From positions 323,940 through 378,485 of the forward strand of contig NW_014577070.1 of the NCBI RefSeq assembly GCF_000485595.1: a DNA stretch of 54,546 nt, read 5' to 3'. Position numbers and translations under genes: made by a program. The notes under the pieces were generated by a model. The model made no database searches, was not told the DNA's origin, and saw nothing but the letters and a program-made list of their open reading frames with translations. Numbering within the stretch: the first letter of the stretch is position 1; every line of letters starts with the position of its first letter. Below, piece by piece: positions 37,346 to 50,400 of this stretch. This DNA comes from Priapulus caudatus. Lineage: Eukaryota.

Positions 37346-37867
37346 TTCCACACTTCTAAGCAATCCAGCTTTTACTCGCAATACCAAAATTACTCCTACT
37401 TAAACATTGGATATTTGGATATTTTGTTCTGCCGGCCTGTCAGTTTATGAAACGTCGTTTCGCCTTTCATCATGCTAAAATCATACGGTTCGCTTGCATT
37501 TTTAAGAAGACCTCGCCTTGTCCACGCACACAGGAAAAGTCGAAGTTGTAAGCCAACCAAATCCTTAATGATTGAATAGCCACTGCATAGTACTGATAAT
37601 TAGGCGAATGCTGCGGTCACATAGGAATGCGAATTATAATGCCGCCGATGACTGGGCAGCAATCGCGTAATCATATATGCAATTTATTAATTAGTCTCGA
37701 CCGGCCACAATCCAAGCTCTCCTCTGAGAATGTGCATTCCTAATTAACAGACATTTGCCTGTGCCTTCGCAGCATCAACATGGCTTCCCCGATCGACCGC
37801 GTGGCCTAGAACGCCTCAGCAATAGTAGTAGTAGCTTGACAATTGTCAAACCCCAGAACATCCAAAG

Positions 37868-38025
37868 AGTGGGAGAGACAGTGCGCGAGAGGTACAGGGA
37901 GAGTGAGACAGGGAAAGAGAATGAGAAAGAGAGGGTAGAGGGTAAAAGAGAGTGAGATGGGGTAGAGGGGGAAAAAGAGAGAGGGGGAGGGAGGGGAGGA
38001 ATGGAGGGAGAGAAAAAGAGAGAGA

Positions 38026-38063
<38 letters not shown>
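37868..38063. repeat. GA-rich tract and (GA)n before a 10-N gap (38064-38073)
   Basis: low complexity. Confidence 0.9.
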
Positions 38064-38073
38064 NNNNNNNNNN

Positions 38074-40400
38074 TTTTGAGGTTGGTTCTTCTAGACGACC
38101 GATCGCAGGTCTCTGTCATCATCCCTAGGGTCGGAGGAGAAGTTGATGATGAGGTGGTGAGCGACGGCCGTTATGTACCCATGGCGTATACATTCTTGCG
38201 TACAGTATTGTGGAACCGGCTAGAAGAGCTGGGCTCCTGACAGAGCGTCGGTTCAGCACTCGTTTGAGGGCATCTCGTCTCAGCACGCGCATGATTCGGG
38301 TGCATGTTCGCTGTACCATGCGTTAGAAAGCGGCTAGGCTGTGGCGCTATGGTGTGCGCTACCCGGGTGTTGTACGTCAGCGACGAACATACAACGAATA
38401 CCATCGTGTTGGCTTCCGGTGGGTCTGGCGTTGGTCGAGCGCGCTGCAGCCGCGTGTCTTGGCGTCCTGTCTGGGATGTAGCCTTCATGCGTCGGATCGT
38501 GCGCCCAACCTATCTTGAAACATGCTCCACCCACAATCCGCGAGCACACGGCCGCGCACGAGCGAATGACAACGGCATGCAATAGCGTTGGTGCAGCGGC
38601 GCGTCGACGAAGAGTAAGCGAGATGGCTGAGGGCCGCAGCGACAACAAGGCACTGGCCAAATAGTGATTTTCAGTGCGCGGGGGCCGTGCGTCGTGTCAT
38701 GTGTGTGACTTGGGACCTAAACAAACTGGCCGGCGACCCGCGCCTGCACAGAGTTAGTCTTGGGTTGGAAGTATTTAAAATAAACTTCGTTTTTTCAGAT
38801 ATGGATTTAAATATTTTAAGCCACTTTAGTGGGAGTTTCAGCCCCTCTGCAATTGATAGCCGGTAACAAATTGCGGCGATAGGCGGTAAAAGATACGGTT
38901 ACCGGCTATTCGAAGAAGCCTGCATTAAACGTACGTGCATCTCGTGGCTAACTTTCATAAACGATTGCCAAGAACATTCCTTTGAGAAGGTTTTGATACA
39001 CCTGTGATTCGCAGAACTGTTTGGCGTGTAATGTGAAATTTGGGACTACAGGGTTTATAGAATCCACGACTGCCACCACAGAGTCACGGTAGACGTTAGA
39101 TGAGGCGGCTGTGCTCTGCGGACTTGTTATATATAGTTTGTGTTTTAAATAGGGGTTTGGGTTTATATTCGCTGGAGGGTAAGGGTTAGGGTCCACGAAT
39201 GCAGTGAATGCACCATAAACAGGAGTTTGAGCACGTGATTTGTATAACGCAATGGCACTCTGCGAACGCTTCACTAGAGCCTATGTTCTTGATTGACATG
39301 AGAAAAAAAATGCACGTGACCTGTAGCTTGTCGTCATTCTCTAGACATACTGTAATGGTGATAGGCATAAGATGTCAGCTTTCACAGCGATTTATTTCTG
39401 TAAACTATTAGACTATGTTAAAAATATTGATGAAAAGCTAACGTTCACGAGTTTAATACCGCATATAAGGTGTTGCGTATGATTGTGAAACAACGCTGGC
39501 TATGCATTGTGCATCCGTTTGCGTTCTTGCTAAACTTAAAACTGGTACAAAGACTAATATAAGCTTTTACTTTATATTACGACTTGGTGTATTATTACAT
39601 ACAGACTTATTCACTGGAGCTTATCACTCATGAGATCACGTTGGTTTCATTCTGACTGAATGTCCATAATTGTAATCATTGCAGGCTGCATAAATAGGCG
39701 AGGTTTGACCAGTCTGAAACGTCACAGTTAGGCAGTTTGATGTGTTTGAAAGGTAAATGCGTATGTGAGCTATAATTCCATGAAAATAATGATGGATTGC
39801 GTTCAATTTACTGAAAAGAAGGATGCTTACTGAACAAAATCGCGTGACAAGCAAGCAGAATAATGTTTAATGGGGGCGCGGAGAGGGGGGGGGGGGTCGG
39901 ATAAAAGGCTTGTAAAACTTATAGGGCTGCATGAGCAATCAAGTGCGGTGAAGGGCTATATATGAGCATCTGCTAAGCTGTACGAAATGCAATATTGGTT
40001 GCATCAATATATTATAATGTAGGAAGGCGGATGAAAGGCGCATCTCCTGGTTCGCGAGGGCGGCAGTGCGGCATTTTGCATACGGCAGCTTATGAAGATG
40101 CAGGCATCAGTATAATAGTGTAGGCCATTAACTGCCGCGAACCCAACTGTGCTTGTATCGCTTTACGACTTGCGCACCGTTTGTAATGACGCTACTCTGT
40201 GTGGCAGACATTAGTAGGCGGAGGCTGTTTGCATGGCTTCATCTTTACTTTAGAGTAGGCTTCTAAGTGATTGATTTGCGGCCCACACACCTTGTTGGGA
40301 CCGCGGGGACGAATCATGCCCCTGTTGTGAGTTCAGTGCGTTAGATGATGTGAGTTAAGTACGTTAGATGTTGTGAGTTCAGTACGTTAGATGTTGTGAG
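38074..40400 (-). repeat. inverted duplicate of 48091-50450
   Basis: 38074-38894 and 49630-50450 are both 821 bp and appear identical (the same ORFs occur on opposite strands); the rest is indel-rich. Confidence 0.95.
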
Positions 40401-40655
40401 TTGCAGTAGGTTAGATGTTGTGAGTTTGCAGTACGTTAGATGTTGTGAGATCAGTGAGTTAGATGTTGATGAGTTAGTGCGTTAGATGGATGTGAGTTCA
40501 GTACGTTCGATGTTTGGTTGGTTCAGTACGTTAGATGTTGTGAGATCAGGTGAGTTAAGTATGTTGTGAGTTCAGTACGTTAAGATGTTGTTAGTTTAGT
40601 ACGTTCGATGTTGTGAGTTCAGTAGGTTGTATGTTTGTGAGTTAAGTGAGTTAGA
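40328..40655. repeat. 23-bp minisatellite (gagttcagtacgttagatgttgt)
   Basis: tandem units; complement at 46338-46545 and 48091-48225. Confidence 0.92.
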
Positions 40656-41589
40656 CGTAGACGGAGAGTAACATGAGCACAGTGAAGATATTTTAAAAAT
40701 GCAGCAGGTAGTCAGGTACAGTCGTGTCGTGGAATTTATTGTGGGCTCGTTATAAGATTTTGCACGGTGACTAATTCCCGTGAAATAAATAATGTAATAA
40801 AATCCTGTGATAAAATAATGTGAGCTTACATATGTTGCAAAAATTCACTACAACTCAGATCGTATTGCTGGCTTTCATATACTTTTTTTCTCGAAAATCT
40901 AAATGAAATACTTTTCTTAAGAACGTATAGGCAGCCAGCAGTGATGTTTAGCGACATCTTGAAACAGCGGAGCGAATCGGCTCGATTCATTAACAGTTGC
41001 TTTTTCAGGATAAAACAAGTTATATATTCATTATTCGATGTTTACTTCAGTAAGAATTTTAAAATTTGGTTTGCATATTGTTATTATTTAGCTTATGCAA
41101 TCAGGAACAAATTATAGTGTTTTTTCGTTCCAAGAACTTATTTTGCGCTAGCGTAGGCGACTGCTAGTGTGTAAAAATGAGTCACGACAGAGTTTTCAGA
41201 AGAGTCAAATTCGGAGCACTTTCTGGCTGCCATGAGAATTTTGTGATGTTGCCACATCAAGTATGGCTCACAGTAGGCCTAATAACGAGCTATTTTTGTT
41301 GGAGGTTTATAGACTTTAAGCTTATTATGATTTTAATGACGATTAATGTGCAAAACTTTAATTATAAAAGTGGAAATATTTTTGAGCAATAATACAATTT
41401 GCATAATTGAATTGTTGAGAGTGTGCTGATTACTCTTTACAAGTGAAAGCACATAAGTAGAATCATAATGGGCATTAGGCTTTGCGCGAAGTTGCTCAGG
41501 CAGTTAATGCATGCAGACATCGCACTATACAGATATATACCCTTTCAGTATACAATACCGCTTTAGCCCATCTACGAAATTTCTCCGCT

Positions 41590-41995
41590 CTGCTCTCCTC
41601 TCTCTCTCCCGCCTCTCCCTTCTACTCTCTGCACGCTTCTGCACGCTCTCGGCCTCTCCTGCTGCTCGCTCTCTCGGCTCTCGCCTTCCTCTCGCTCTCC
41701 CTGCTCCCTCTCCTCCTCTCCTCGTCGTCTAGCTCTCCTTCTCCTGCTCGCTCTCCTCTCCCTCTGTCCTCCCTCCCTCTCCTTCGCGCCTCTCGCCTCT
41801 CGCCCTCTCGACTCTCCCTCTCCCGTGCTCGCCTCTCCCTCTTCCCTCTCCCTTTTGTCCCTCTCGCCTCTCCCTCTCCCCTCCTCTCCTCTCCCTCTCC
41901 CTCTCCCTCTCCTCTGCCTCGCTCTCTCGGCTCTCGCTTCTCTCCTCTCTCTCTCTCTCTCTCTCTTCTCGTCACTTTCTCGTCTTTTCCTTCCT
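41590..41995. repeat. degenerate (CT)n tract
   Basis: low complexity; mirrors the GA tract at 45343-45433. Confidence 0.9.
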
Positions 41996-42571
41996 GCATT
42001 CTCCTCCCTCCCTATATTTGTTTTGTTCATATTAAGTTCTACTCTTTTTTTATTCAGCTAATGTGGGGCTAAACCGACCAGGCTCTTCGACTGTTAGTGA
42101 CTGTTATAATCTCCAATTTCTAGAATATCGTCCATATAATCATTGTCATCTTCTAAAACTACAGACCATCCGCTGACCGCTGTGGAGACGTGCGCCGGGC
42201 CTCGAATTTGGCGCACGTCTCCACTGCGGACAGCGCTTCATTCTTGAACATCCCCGCGGTCGCGTGCGCATATCCCGCGGAACTACACAATAACACAATA
42301 ACACAATACGGTTATAGACGGTAATACGTTATTATTTATGACTATTATAACAAATAATAAGGTTCAGGTTATTATTATAGTCAATGGGTACGTGTGTGCT
42401 GTACGTGCGGGCTTGTTCTTGCTGCTAGTGGCCAGTGGCAGTGGCTGTGCACAGTATCATGACTGAGTATTAGCTCTAGTAGTAGTAGTAGTACTATAAT
42501 AGCCCGCGTACACTGTACGTGGGCTATAGAAGTTAGAACTAGAGTTGTATGAGTATGTACTATGTTAGATA

Positions 42572-42637
42572 CAATAATGTAACCCAAACACAGGACAGGT
42601 GGGGGATAACCTATCCTGTGTTTGGGTTACATTATTG
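42572..42637. mobile_element. 66-bp hairpin MITE with TA TSD (Tc1/mariner-like)
   Basis: ta|CAATAATGTAACCCAAACACAGGA...TCCTGTGTTTGGGTTACATTATTG|ta; 24-bp perfect TIR. Confidence 0.75.
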
Positions 42638-42978
42638 TACCTAGTACTAGTAGTAGTACTACTGAGTACTACTACTAGTAGTACTAGTAGTACTAGGGGC
42701 CCATTCCTATTTGACAACCCCAGGTTTAAAAACCCTAACCCTAACCCTAACCAAACTCACAACATGGGTGTGTAAACGCTACTTGTACCCGTGATACCTA
42801 AGGTGCCTAGGCTAAAGTGGATTTGCACCGTTTGGCTTGGCTCGCCCACCGGCCCGATAATTAAGACATGGTATATAGTAACTCACTTTATGTTGTGCAG
42901 TTAATCTAACAGTTGCTCATATTATCTCATTAAGTTACGATAAACTTTGTCATTAAAAAGCAAACGTTTTCTACTCAC

Positions 42979-43008
42979 CGACATAAAGCCGAAGAAATGA
43001 ACACGCAT
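42979..43008 (-). CDS. putative first coding mini-exon of a divergent gene (MRVHFFGFMS, or MS from the inner ATG)
   Basis: ATG CGT GTT CAT TTC TTC GGC TTT ATG TCG|GTGAGT consensus donor at 42973-42978; 155 bp from the plus-strand ATG; downstream exons not identified. Confidence 0.3.
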
Positions 43009-43009
43009 T

Positions 43010-43163
43010 CTTCGCTTACGCAAGTGATGTTCAAAACAACGAGGTGGCGCCGTGGAATAAACGTGCGAATGACGTCACGACAATAGGGGCTCATGTGATG
43101 ACGTTCAGCACATGTCGTGTCCCAAAAGTGATCTGTTTTGTTGTTCGCCCAATAATTTTAAAC
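43010..43163. promoter_or_regulatory. putative (bidirectional) promoter with a CRE
   Basis: palindromic TGACGTCA at 43070-43077 plus a TGACG half-site near 43099, between the two divergent start codons. Confidence 0.45.
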
Positions 43164-43595
43164 ATGCACAGAAACCCTTTCCCTCCTAATCCGTATATGC
43201 AGTCGCCACCATTTCAGAGAGGTAATGGACATGCACAAGGAAACGCGCCGAGATTTTATAGTGGGCCTCAGCAACAACACTCACCGTTCAGTTCCCGCGG
43301 AGCTGGCATAGGAAATCGAGGTTTTTCTCACCGCGGGACGCGACCTGACTGGTCACGCTCTCCATCGCAACAACAGCATCCGAGTTCTCCTCTACATAAC
43401 ACCGGATCTCCTCTACATAACACCGGATCTTCAGACTTTATTCCGTTAACCTCTACTCCACGACACAGCAGTCCTTATGCAAGTCCCTATTCAAATCAAA
43501 GTGCGTATCAACCCCAGTTCCCAGCAAGAGGCCGATTTAAAAATCGAATGAGCAGTCCTGCTAATGGCGAACATGGATTTAGAAGACAAAATCAG
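43164..43595 (+). CDS. MPLKIP: exon 1 of an M-phase-specific PLK1-interacting protein (TTDN1)-like gene, 144 codons
   Basis: aaacATG context; MHRNPFPPNPY start; many SP sites, DFIPLTSTP, RG-rich; non-repetitive sequence ending at phase-0 donor CAG|GTACTT; the diagnostic C-terminal SMLEDPW exon is not seen in the window, so the family call is tentative. Confidence 0.6.
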
Positions 43596-43878
43596 GTACT
43601 TTTAGCGCAATGAATAAAATGTGTAGAATTGACTTGCAATTTATATAACAACATATAGCATCGTTAAATAGCTGGCGAGCAGTAGCTCATTGGGTTACCA
43701 TGTTGGCATTTGTTGCTACACAATGTCACTAAACAGTAACAGTCTGTTTGCTGGAACGGATGCATCTCATCAGAATCACTTGATCCTGATCTGCCCAAAC
43801 AAATACAACCTACAAATCAATTGGTTCACCTGCCACTGTGACCTATCATAGGATGGTTCATAAGAATCATAACTATCA

Positions 43879-44850
43879 ACAAGCACAGTTGGGTTCGCGG
43901 CAGTTGGCCTACACTAGTTATACTGATGCTGATCTCATAGCTGCCGTATGCAAATGCGCTGCGGCTCGCGAACGAGGATGGATGCGCCTTTCATCCGCCT
44001 TCCTACATTATAATATATGTGTGCAACAAATTGCATTCGTAAGCTTAGCAGATGCTCATATATAGCCGCTTCACCGACTTTGATTTGCTATGAGCGTATA
44101 AGTTTAAAGCCGTTTTATCCAGACCCTCTCGCGCCCCATTAAACATTAGTTCTGTGCTTTGTGATCGGGATTTTTGTTCAGTAAGATCCTTTTTTCAGTA
44201 AATTGAACGCAATCCATCATTATTTTCATGGAATTATAGTCACATACGCATTACGCTTTCAAACACATCTTAAACTGCCAACTGTGACGTAGACTGGTCA
44301 AACGTCGCCTGATTTATGCAGCCTGAATTGATTACAATTATGACATTCAGTCTAGGAATGAAACCAACGTGATCTCATGAGTAGTAAGTCTAGTGAATAA
44401 GTCTGTATGTAATGGAATACACAAGTCGTATATAAAGTAAAGCTATAGTTAGTTTTGTCCAGTTTTAAGTTTAGCAGAACGCAAACGATGGCACAATGCA
44501 TAGCCAGGTTGTTTCACATCATACGCAACAGCGTTAGTATGGGTATTAAACCTGTGAACGTTAGTTTTCCATCAATATTTGTACATAGTCTAATAGTTTA
44601 CGGAAATAATATGTGTGAAAGCTGACTATTATGCCTTCACCATTACTATGTCTATAGAATGACGACACAGCTACAGGTCACGTGATTTTTTTTCTCATGT
44701 CAATCAAGAACATAGGGCTCTAGTGAGCGTTGCCATTGGTTGATACAAATCACGTGCCTCAAACTCCTGTTTTATGGTGCATTCACTGCATTGTGACCCT
44801 AACCCTTACCCTAGTAATATAACCCAAACCCTATTTAAACAAATATATAA
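43879..44850 (+). repeat. segment present three times (direct at 48387-49380, inverted at 39127-40156)
   Basis: colinear matches starting acaagcacagttgggttcgcggcagtt. Confidence 0.9.
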
Positions 44851-45190
44851 AAAATACAATTTTAATTGTAAAAATTAATTGTTGTTATTAAATTTTTGTA
44901 AATAAATCATGTAAATATTTGCATTATTTGGGGAAAAAATGGTTAAACGGATAAAGATAGAAAAATATAGAAAACAAAAAAATTAAAAAAATGATGGGAT
45001 TCGATCCACCGACCTTTCAGCCTTGAATTGCGTGCTGTGGTTTGCTATTGAGGAATATTGTAATTATGAATTTTGGATGTGCTATGAATATGACGACACT
45101 GTGACGTCATTGAGCGACGAAACAAACTCAACCAATAGCAGCGCTCACTAGAGCCCTATGTTCTTGATTGACCTAGGGAAAAAATCACGC
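44680..45190. mobile_element. 511-bp Mutator-like MITE with 9-bp TSD
   Basis: ctacaggtc|ACGTGATTTTT...caatcaagaacatagggctctagtgagcg...AAAAATCACGC|ctacaggtc; TSDs 44671-44679 and 45191-45199; about 65-bp TIR. Confidence 0.85.
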
Positions 45191-45429
45191 CTACAGGTCG
45201 CATAAAATTGGATTTGTCCATGCACCAACACTCACACACCAGTTGACATAATACATTAGATGGCAGCACAATGCAATCAACTTGGGACTTGGAAGCGCTC
45301 GCCTACATTATTAGAGCCTAAGAAAATATATGNNNNNNNNNNAGAGAGGGAGAGAGGGAGAGAGAGGGAGAGAGGGAGAGAGGGAGAGAGTGAGAGAGGG
45401 AGAGGGGGAGAGAGAGAGGAGAGAGAGGG

Positions 45430-46545
45430 AGAAAGTTGTCGTGAAGATGGCTAAAAGCGGTATTTGGTATACTGGAAATGGTATATATCTGTATGTGGAT
45501 GTCTGCATGCATAACTGCTGAGCAACTTCGGCAAAGCCTATATGCCCATTTATGATTCTAACTTATGTGCTTTCACTTGTAAAGATAATCAGCACATCTC
45601 AAAATCAATTATGAAATTTGTTTATGCTAAAAAATATTTCCACTTTTATAATTTAAAGTTTGCCATGCATAATCGATTAAATATAATAAGCTTAAATCGG
45701 ATAAACCTCGCAACAAAAAGCTCGTATAGGCCTACTGTGAGCATACTTGTAGTGTGCAAACATCACGAAATATTCTCATTGAGCCAGAAATGTGCTCCGA
45801 ATTTGACTCTTTTGAAAACTCTGTCGGACTCAGTTTTGTTACACAGCTAGCAGTCGCCCTACGCTAGCGCAAATAGTTCCTGGAACGAAAACACTATATT
45901 TGTTTCCTGATTGCATAAGTAATATAGATAACAATATGAAACAAATTTTAAAATTTTGTACTGAATAAACATCGAATAATGAATTATAACTTGTTTTATC
46001 CTAGAAAAGAACTGTTAATGAATCGAGCCGATCGCTCCGCTGTTTCACAGATGTGTAAACATCACTGTGGTGCTACGTTCTTAAGAAAAGTAATTTCATT
46101 TAGATTTTGAGAAAAAATGTTATGAAAGTAGCAATACGATTGAGTTGTAGTGAATTTTTGCAACATATGTAAGCTCACATTATTTTATCACAGGATTTTA
46201 TTAAATTATTTATTTCACGTGAATTAGGTCAGTGCGAAATTTATACGAGCCACAATAAATTCACGACACGACTGTACCTGACTACCTGTGCATTTAAAAT
46301 ATCTTCATGTGGCGGCATGTTTACTCTCCGTGTACGTCTAACTCACTTAACTCACAACATCTAACGTACTGAACTCACAACATCGAACGTACTAAACTAA
46401 CAACATCTAACGTACTGAACTCACAACATCTAACTCACTGATCTCACAACATCTAACGTACTGAACTCACAACATCTAACGTACTGAACTCACATCATCT
46501 AACGCACTGAACTCACAACATCTAACTCACTGATCTCACAACATC
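45430..46545 (-). repeat. inverted duplicate of about 40330-41590
   Basis: colinear reverse-complement match starting at the GA tract beside the 10-N gap 45333-45342. Confidence 0.9.
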
Positions 46546-46549
46546 GCAG

Positions 46550-46949
46550 AATTGAAAATGCATAGCGTGAATGCAAAATTAGCCTATTTGGCATAATTTT
46601 AAAATACCAAAAACCCATGTGAGATGTTTTGGGCAGTCCTTATTCAATTTCACATAACAGAATGAGCAAAATCCGGTGACCTGAAACTGACTTAGCCATT
46701 CATGTTTTTGCCAAAAGTGGACGTCGCTCGAAGTAGTCGACTTGCGGGCTCCAAAATTTAGTGACGTTTAACCTCTCCATAGGAGTAACAACTAATGCAA
46801 TTTAAAATGTGGGTCAACGGTTCCTGACGTTATTGTTGACCATAGCCAAATGTTTGTACGACGGACGGACGGACGGATGGTACGGACGGACGACACCCCC
46901 CTATGGCAGACTAGGCTCAATACTTGACGATTGTCAAGTGTGAGCTAAA
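46550..46949. mobile_element. Helentron-associated (HINE/DINE-1-like) element end
   Basis: (GACG)n microsatellite 46858-46893, then hairpin gctca..acttgac-gatt-gtcaagt..tgagc (46915-46945) and taaa; left boundary approximate. Confidence 0.6.
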
Positions 46950-47341
46950 CTGGAAGGAGGAAAGAAATCTATGCAATACTTGTTGTGTTTTATATTATTT
47001 CTGTTAGTTGTACTAGAAGTAAAATAGCGAGGAGCTGTAACAATGAAGTCGAATGCGCTTGCAGCACACACGGCGTAGATCAACTAAAATAGTTTGTGTC
47101 GGACAAACGTCGCTTGTCTTATGCGTGAAGAGGGGCAACACTGGATCCTCCTCCTTTTTTACCATTGGTTAAACTGCAGCCTTACGAATTTTGGTCATTT
47201 TCCATCCAGTAGCAACAGCTACAAATAAACAACAAATGTGCACACACGCACGCCACCCCACCACACAAACACACACACACAGCACATCACACGCTGCACA
47301 CGCACGCACGACACACGCAAGCAAGCACGCATTACAGGTGG

Positions 47342-47465
47342 TGATAGGTCTATGTTCCGCCAGGTACCTGCCGGAACGTACCCTGGGTACGGTCGGATTA
47401 CCGGAACGTACCCTTGGTAAGTCTATTTGAATTTATGCCGGACACGTACCTCGCCTACCAACCGA
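47342..47465. repeat. repeat with an inverted partner at 51087-51213
   Basis: tgataggtctatg...ccggaacgtaccctgggtac...ccggaacgtacccttggtaa versus its reverse complement; no TSD. Confidence 0.75.
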
Positions 47466-50400
47466 TCGTAGGGACATGCAGTATTAATGATCAGCATGGT
47501 CCTAACCTGTAATATAAACAAACCGCATTCCTCGCTGCCTATACGCTGAGTAATGAGCCGGTGAAAATCGGGGTATTTTCGCGAAAACCGACTCCAGATC
47601 AGTCAGTACTGCGACGTTCTTACTCGTTTTGTGCTTATGTTATGTTGTGTCCGTCGCGCTGTTGTAGCGCTGATCCGATACGTTTTACTAGGCGTCAGCG
47701 TTACTACCATCCAGGTTAAGGGGCAGGTCATGCACATGCGCGATAAATAACAGAACGTTTTTGGTGCGATACATGGCTGCGTTCTAATTGACTGGAAATG
47801 GAGAAAAAATGTAGATGGAAAATAAATTTCCATTGTCAAATGATGGACGAGAAACGACGGCGAGCGTTTCCGACAGCTTAGGGTCGCACAGCAGAACGAG
47901 AGACAGGTCGCTCAGTACTGATGATCTTGGAGTCAAATTTTCTGCAAAATACCAGATTTTTCCCGCTCTATATTCTCAGCGGAGGAGGCATTGTAGGACA
48001 AGCGTTTGTTTTGTATTAGCAGTAGGACAGCTATCATAATACTGGCATAAGAATCGTGTCAAGAANNNNNNNNNNNNNNNNNNNNNNNNNTAACGTACTG
48101 CAAACTCACAACATCTAACCTACTGAACTCATCTAACGCACTAACTACAATCCTAACACTGAACTCACAAACATCTCACCACGTACTTTATATCACATCA
48201 TTCTAACGCACTTGGAACGTCACAACCAGGGCATGACTTCGTCCCCGCGGTCCCAACAACCGTGTGTGGGCCGCAAATCAATCACTAGAAGCCTACTCTA
48301 AAGTAAGATGAAGCATGAAACGCCTCCTACTAATGTCTGCACACAGAGTAGCGTCATTACAAACGGTTGGCAAGTCGTAAAGCGATACAAGCACAGTTGG
48401 GTTCGCGGCAGTTGGCCTACACTAGTTATACTGATGCTGATCTCATAGCTGCCGTATGCAAATGCCGCTGCGCTCGCGAACCAGGATGGATGCGCCTTTC
48501 ATCCGCCTTCCTACAATTATAATATTATGTGTGCAACACAATATTGGCATTCGTAAGCTTAGCAGATGCTCATATATAGCCCTTCACCGACTTTGATTTG
48601 CTATGCAGCTATAAGTTTTAAAGCCTTTTATCCAGACCCTCTCGCGCCCCCATTAAACATTAGTTCTGTGCTTTGTATCGCGATTTTGTTCAGTAAGCAT
48701 CCTTCTTTTCAGTAAATTGAACGCAATCCATCATTATTTTCATGGAATTATAGTCACATTACGCATTACGCTTTCAAACACATCTTAAACTGCCAACTGT
48801 GACGTAGACTGGTCAAACCTCGCCTATTTATGCAGCCTGAATGATTACAATTATGACATTCAGTCTAGGAATGAAACCAACGTGATCTCATGAGTGATAA
48901 GCTCAGTGAATAAGTCTGTATGTAATATACACCAAGTCGTATATAAAGTAAAAGCTATACTTAGTCTTTGTCCAGTTTTAAGTTTAGCAAGAACGCAAAC
49001 GATGGCACAATGCATAGCCAGGTTGTTTCACAATCATACGCAACACCTTTAGTATGGGTATTAAACTCGTGAACGTTAGTTTTCATCAATATTTGTTACA
49101 TAGTCTAATAGTTTACGAAATAATATGTGTGAAAGCTGACATCTTATGCCTTCACCATTACTATGTCTAGAGAATGACGACACAGCTACAGGTCACGTGA
49201 TTTTTTTTCTCATGTCAATCAAGAACATAGGGCTCTAAGTGAGCGTTCCATCCATTGGTTGATACAAATCACGCTGCTCAAACTCCTGATTTATGGTGCA
49301 TTCACCTGCATTCGTGGACCCTAACCCTTACCCTACAGCTAATATAAACCCAAACGCCCTATTTAAAACAAAACATATAAACAAGTGCCGCAGAGCACAG
49401 CCGCTCATCTAACGTCTACCGGTGGACTCTGTGGTGGCAAGTGTGGATTCTAATAAACCCTGTTAGTTCCACAACGATTTCACATACACGCCAAACAGTG
49501 TGCGAATGCACCAGGGATCGCGTATCAGAACCTTCTCAAAGGATGTTCGTTGCGCATGCGTTTTGAAAGTTAGCCACGAGATGACGTACGTTTAAAGTTG
49601 CAAGGGTTTTGAATAGCCTTTGTTATACCATCTTTTACCGCCTATCGCCGCAATTTGTTACCGGCTATCAATTGCAGAGGGGCTGAAACTCCCACTAAAG
49701 TGGCTTAAAATATTTAAATCCATATCTGAAAAAACGAAGTTTATTTTAAATACTTCCAACCCAAGACTAACTCTGTGCAGGCGCGGGTCGCCGGCCAGTT
49801 TGTTTAGGTCCCAAGTCACACACATGACACGACGCACGGCCCCCGCGCACTGAAAATCACTATTTGGCCAGTGCCTTGTTGTCGCTGCGGCCCTCAGCCA
49901 TCTCGCTTACTCTTCGTCGACGCGCCGCTGCACCAACGCTATTGCATGCCGTTGTCATTCGCTCGTGCGCGGCCGTGTGCTCGCGGATTGTGGGTGGAGC
50001 ATGTTTCAAGATAGGTTGGGCGCACGATCCGACGCATGAAGGCTACATCCCAGACAGGACGCCAAGACACGCGGCTGCAGCGCGCTCGACCAACGCCAGA
50101 CCCACCGGAAGCCAACACGATGGTATTCGTTGTATGTTCGTCGCTGACGTACAACACCCGGGTAGCGCACACCATAGCGCCACAGCCTAGCCGCTTTCTA
50201 ACGCATGGTACAGCGAACATGCACCCGAATCATGCGCGTGCTGAGACGAGATGCCCTCAAACGAGTGCTGAACCGACGCTCTGTCAGGAGCCCAGCTCTT
50301 CTAGCCGGTTCCACAATACTGTACGCAAGAATGTATACGCCATGGGTACATAACGGCCGTCGCTCACCACCTCATCATCAACTTCTCCTCCGACCCTAGG

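Noticed and set aside
38125..38660. ORFs found identically at 49864-50399 as a duplicated gene
   Set aside because: Identity simply reflects the inverted duplication; overlapping short ORFs with no recognisable motif or splice structure.
40328..40655. 23-bp repeat as CRISPR direct repeats
   Set aside because: Head-to-tail minisatellite with no spacers.
42731..42752. (TAACCC)3 as a telomere remnant
   Set aside because: Only three units; such motifs are common inside invertebrate transposons (similar ones at about 44797-44812).
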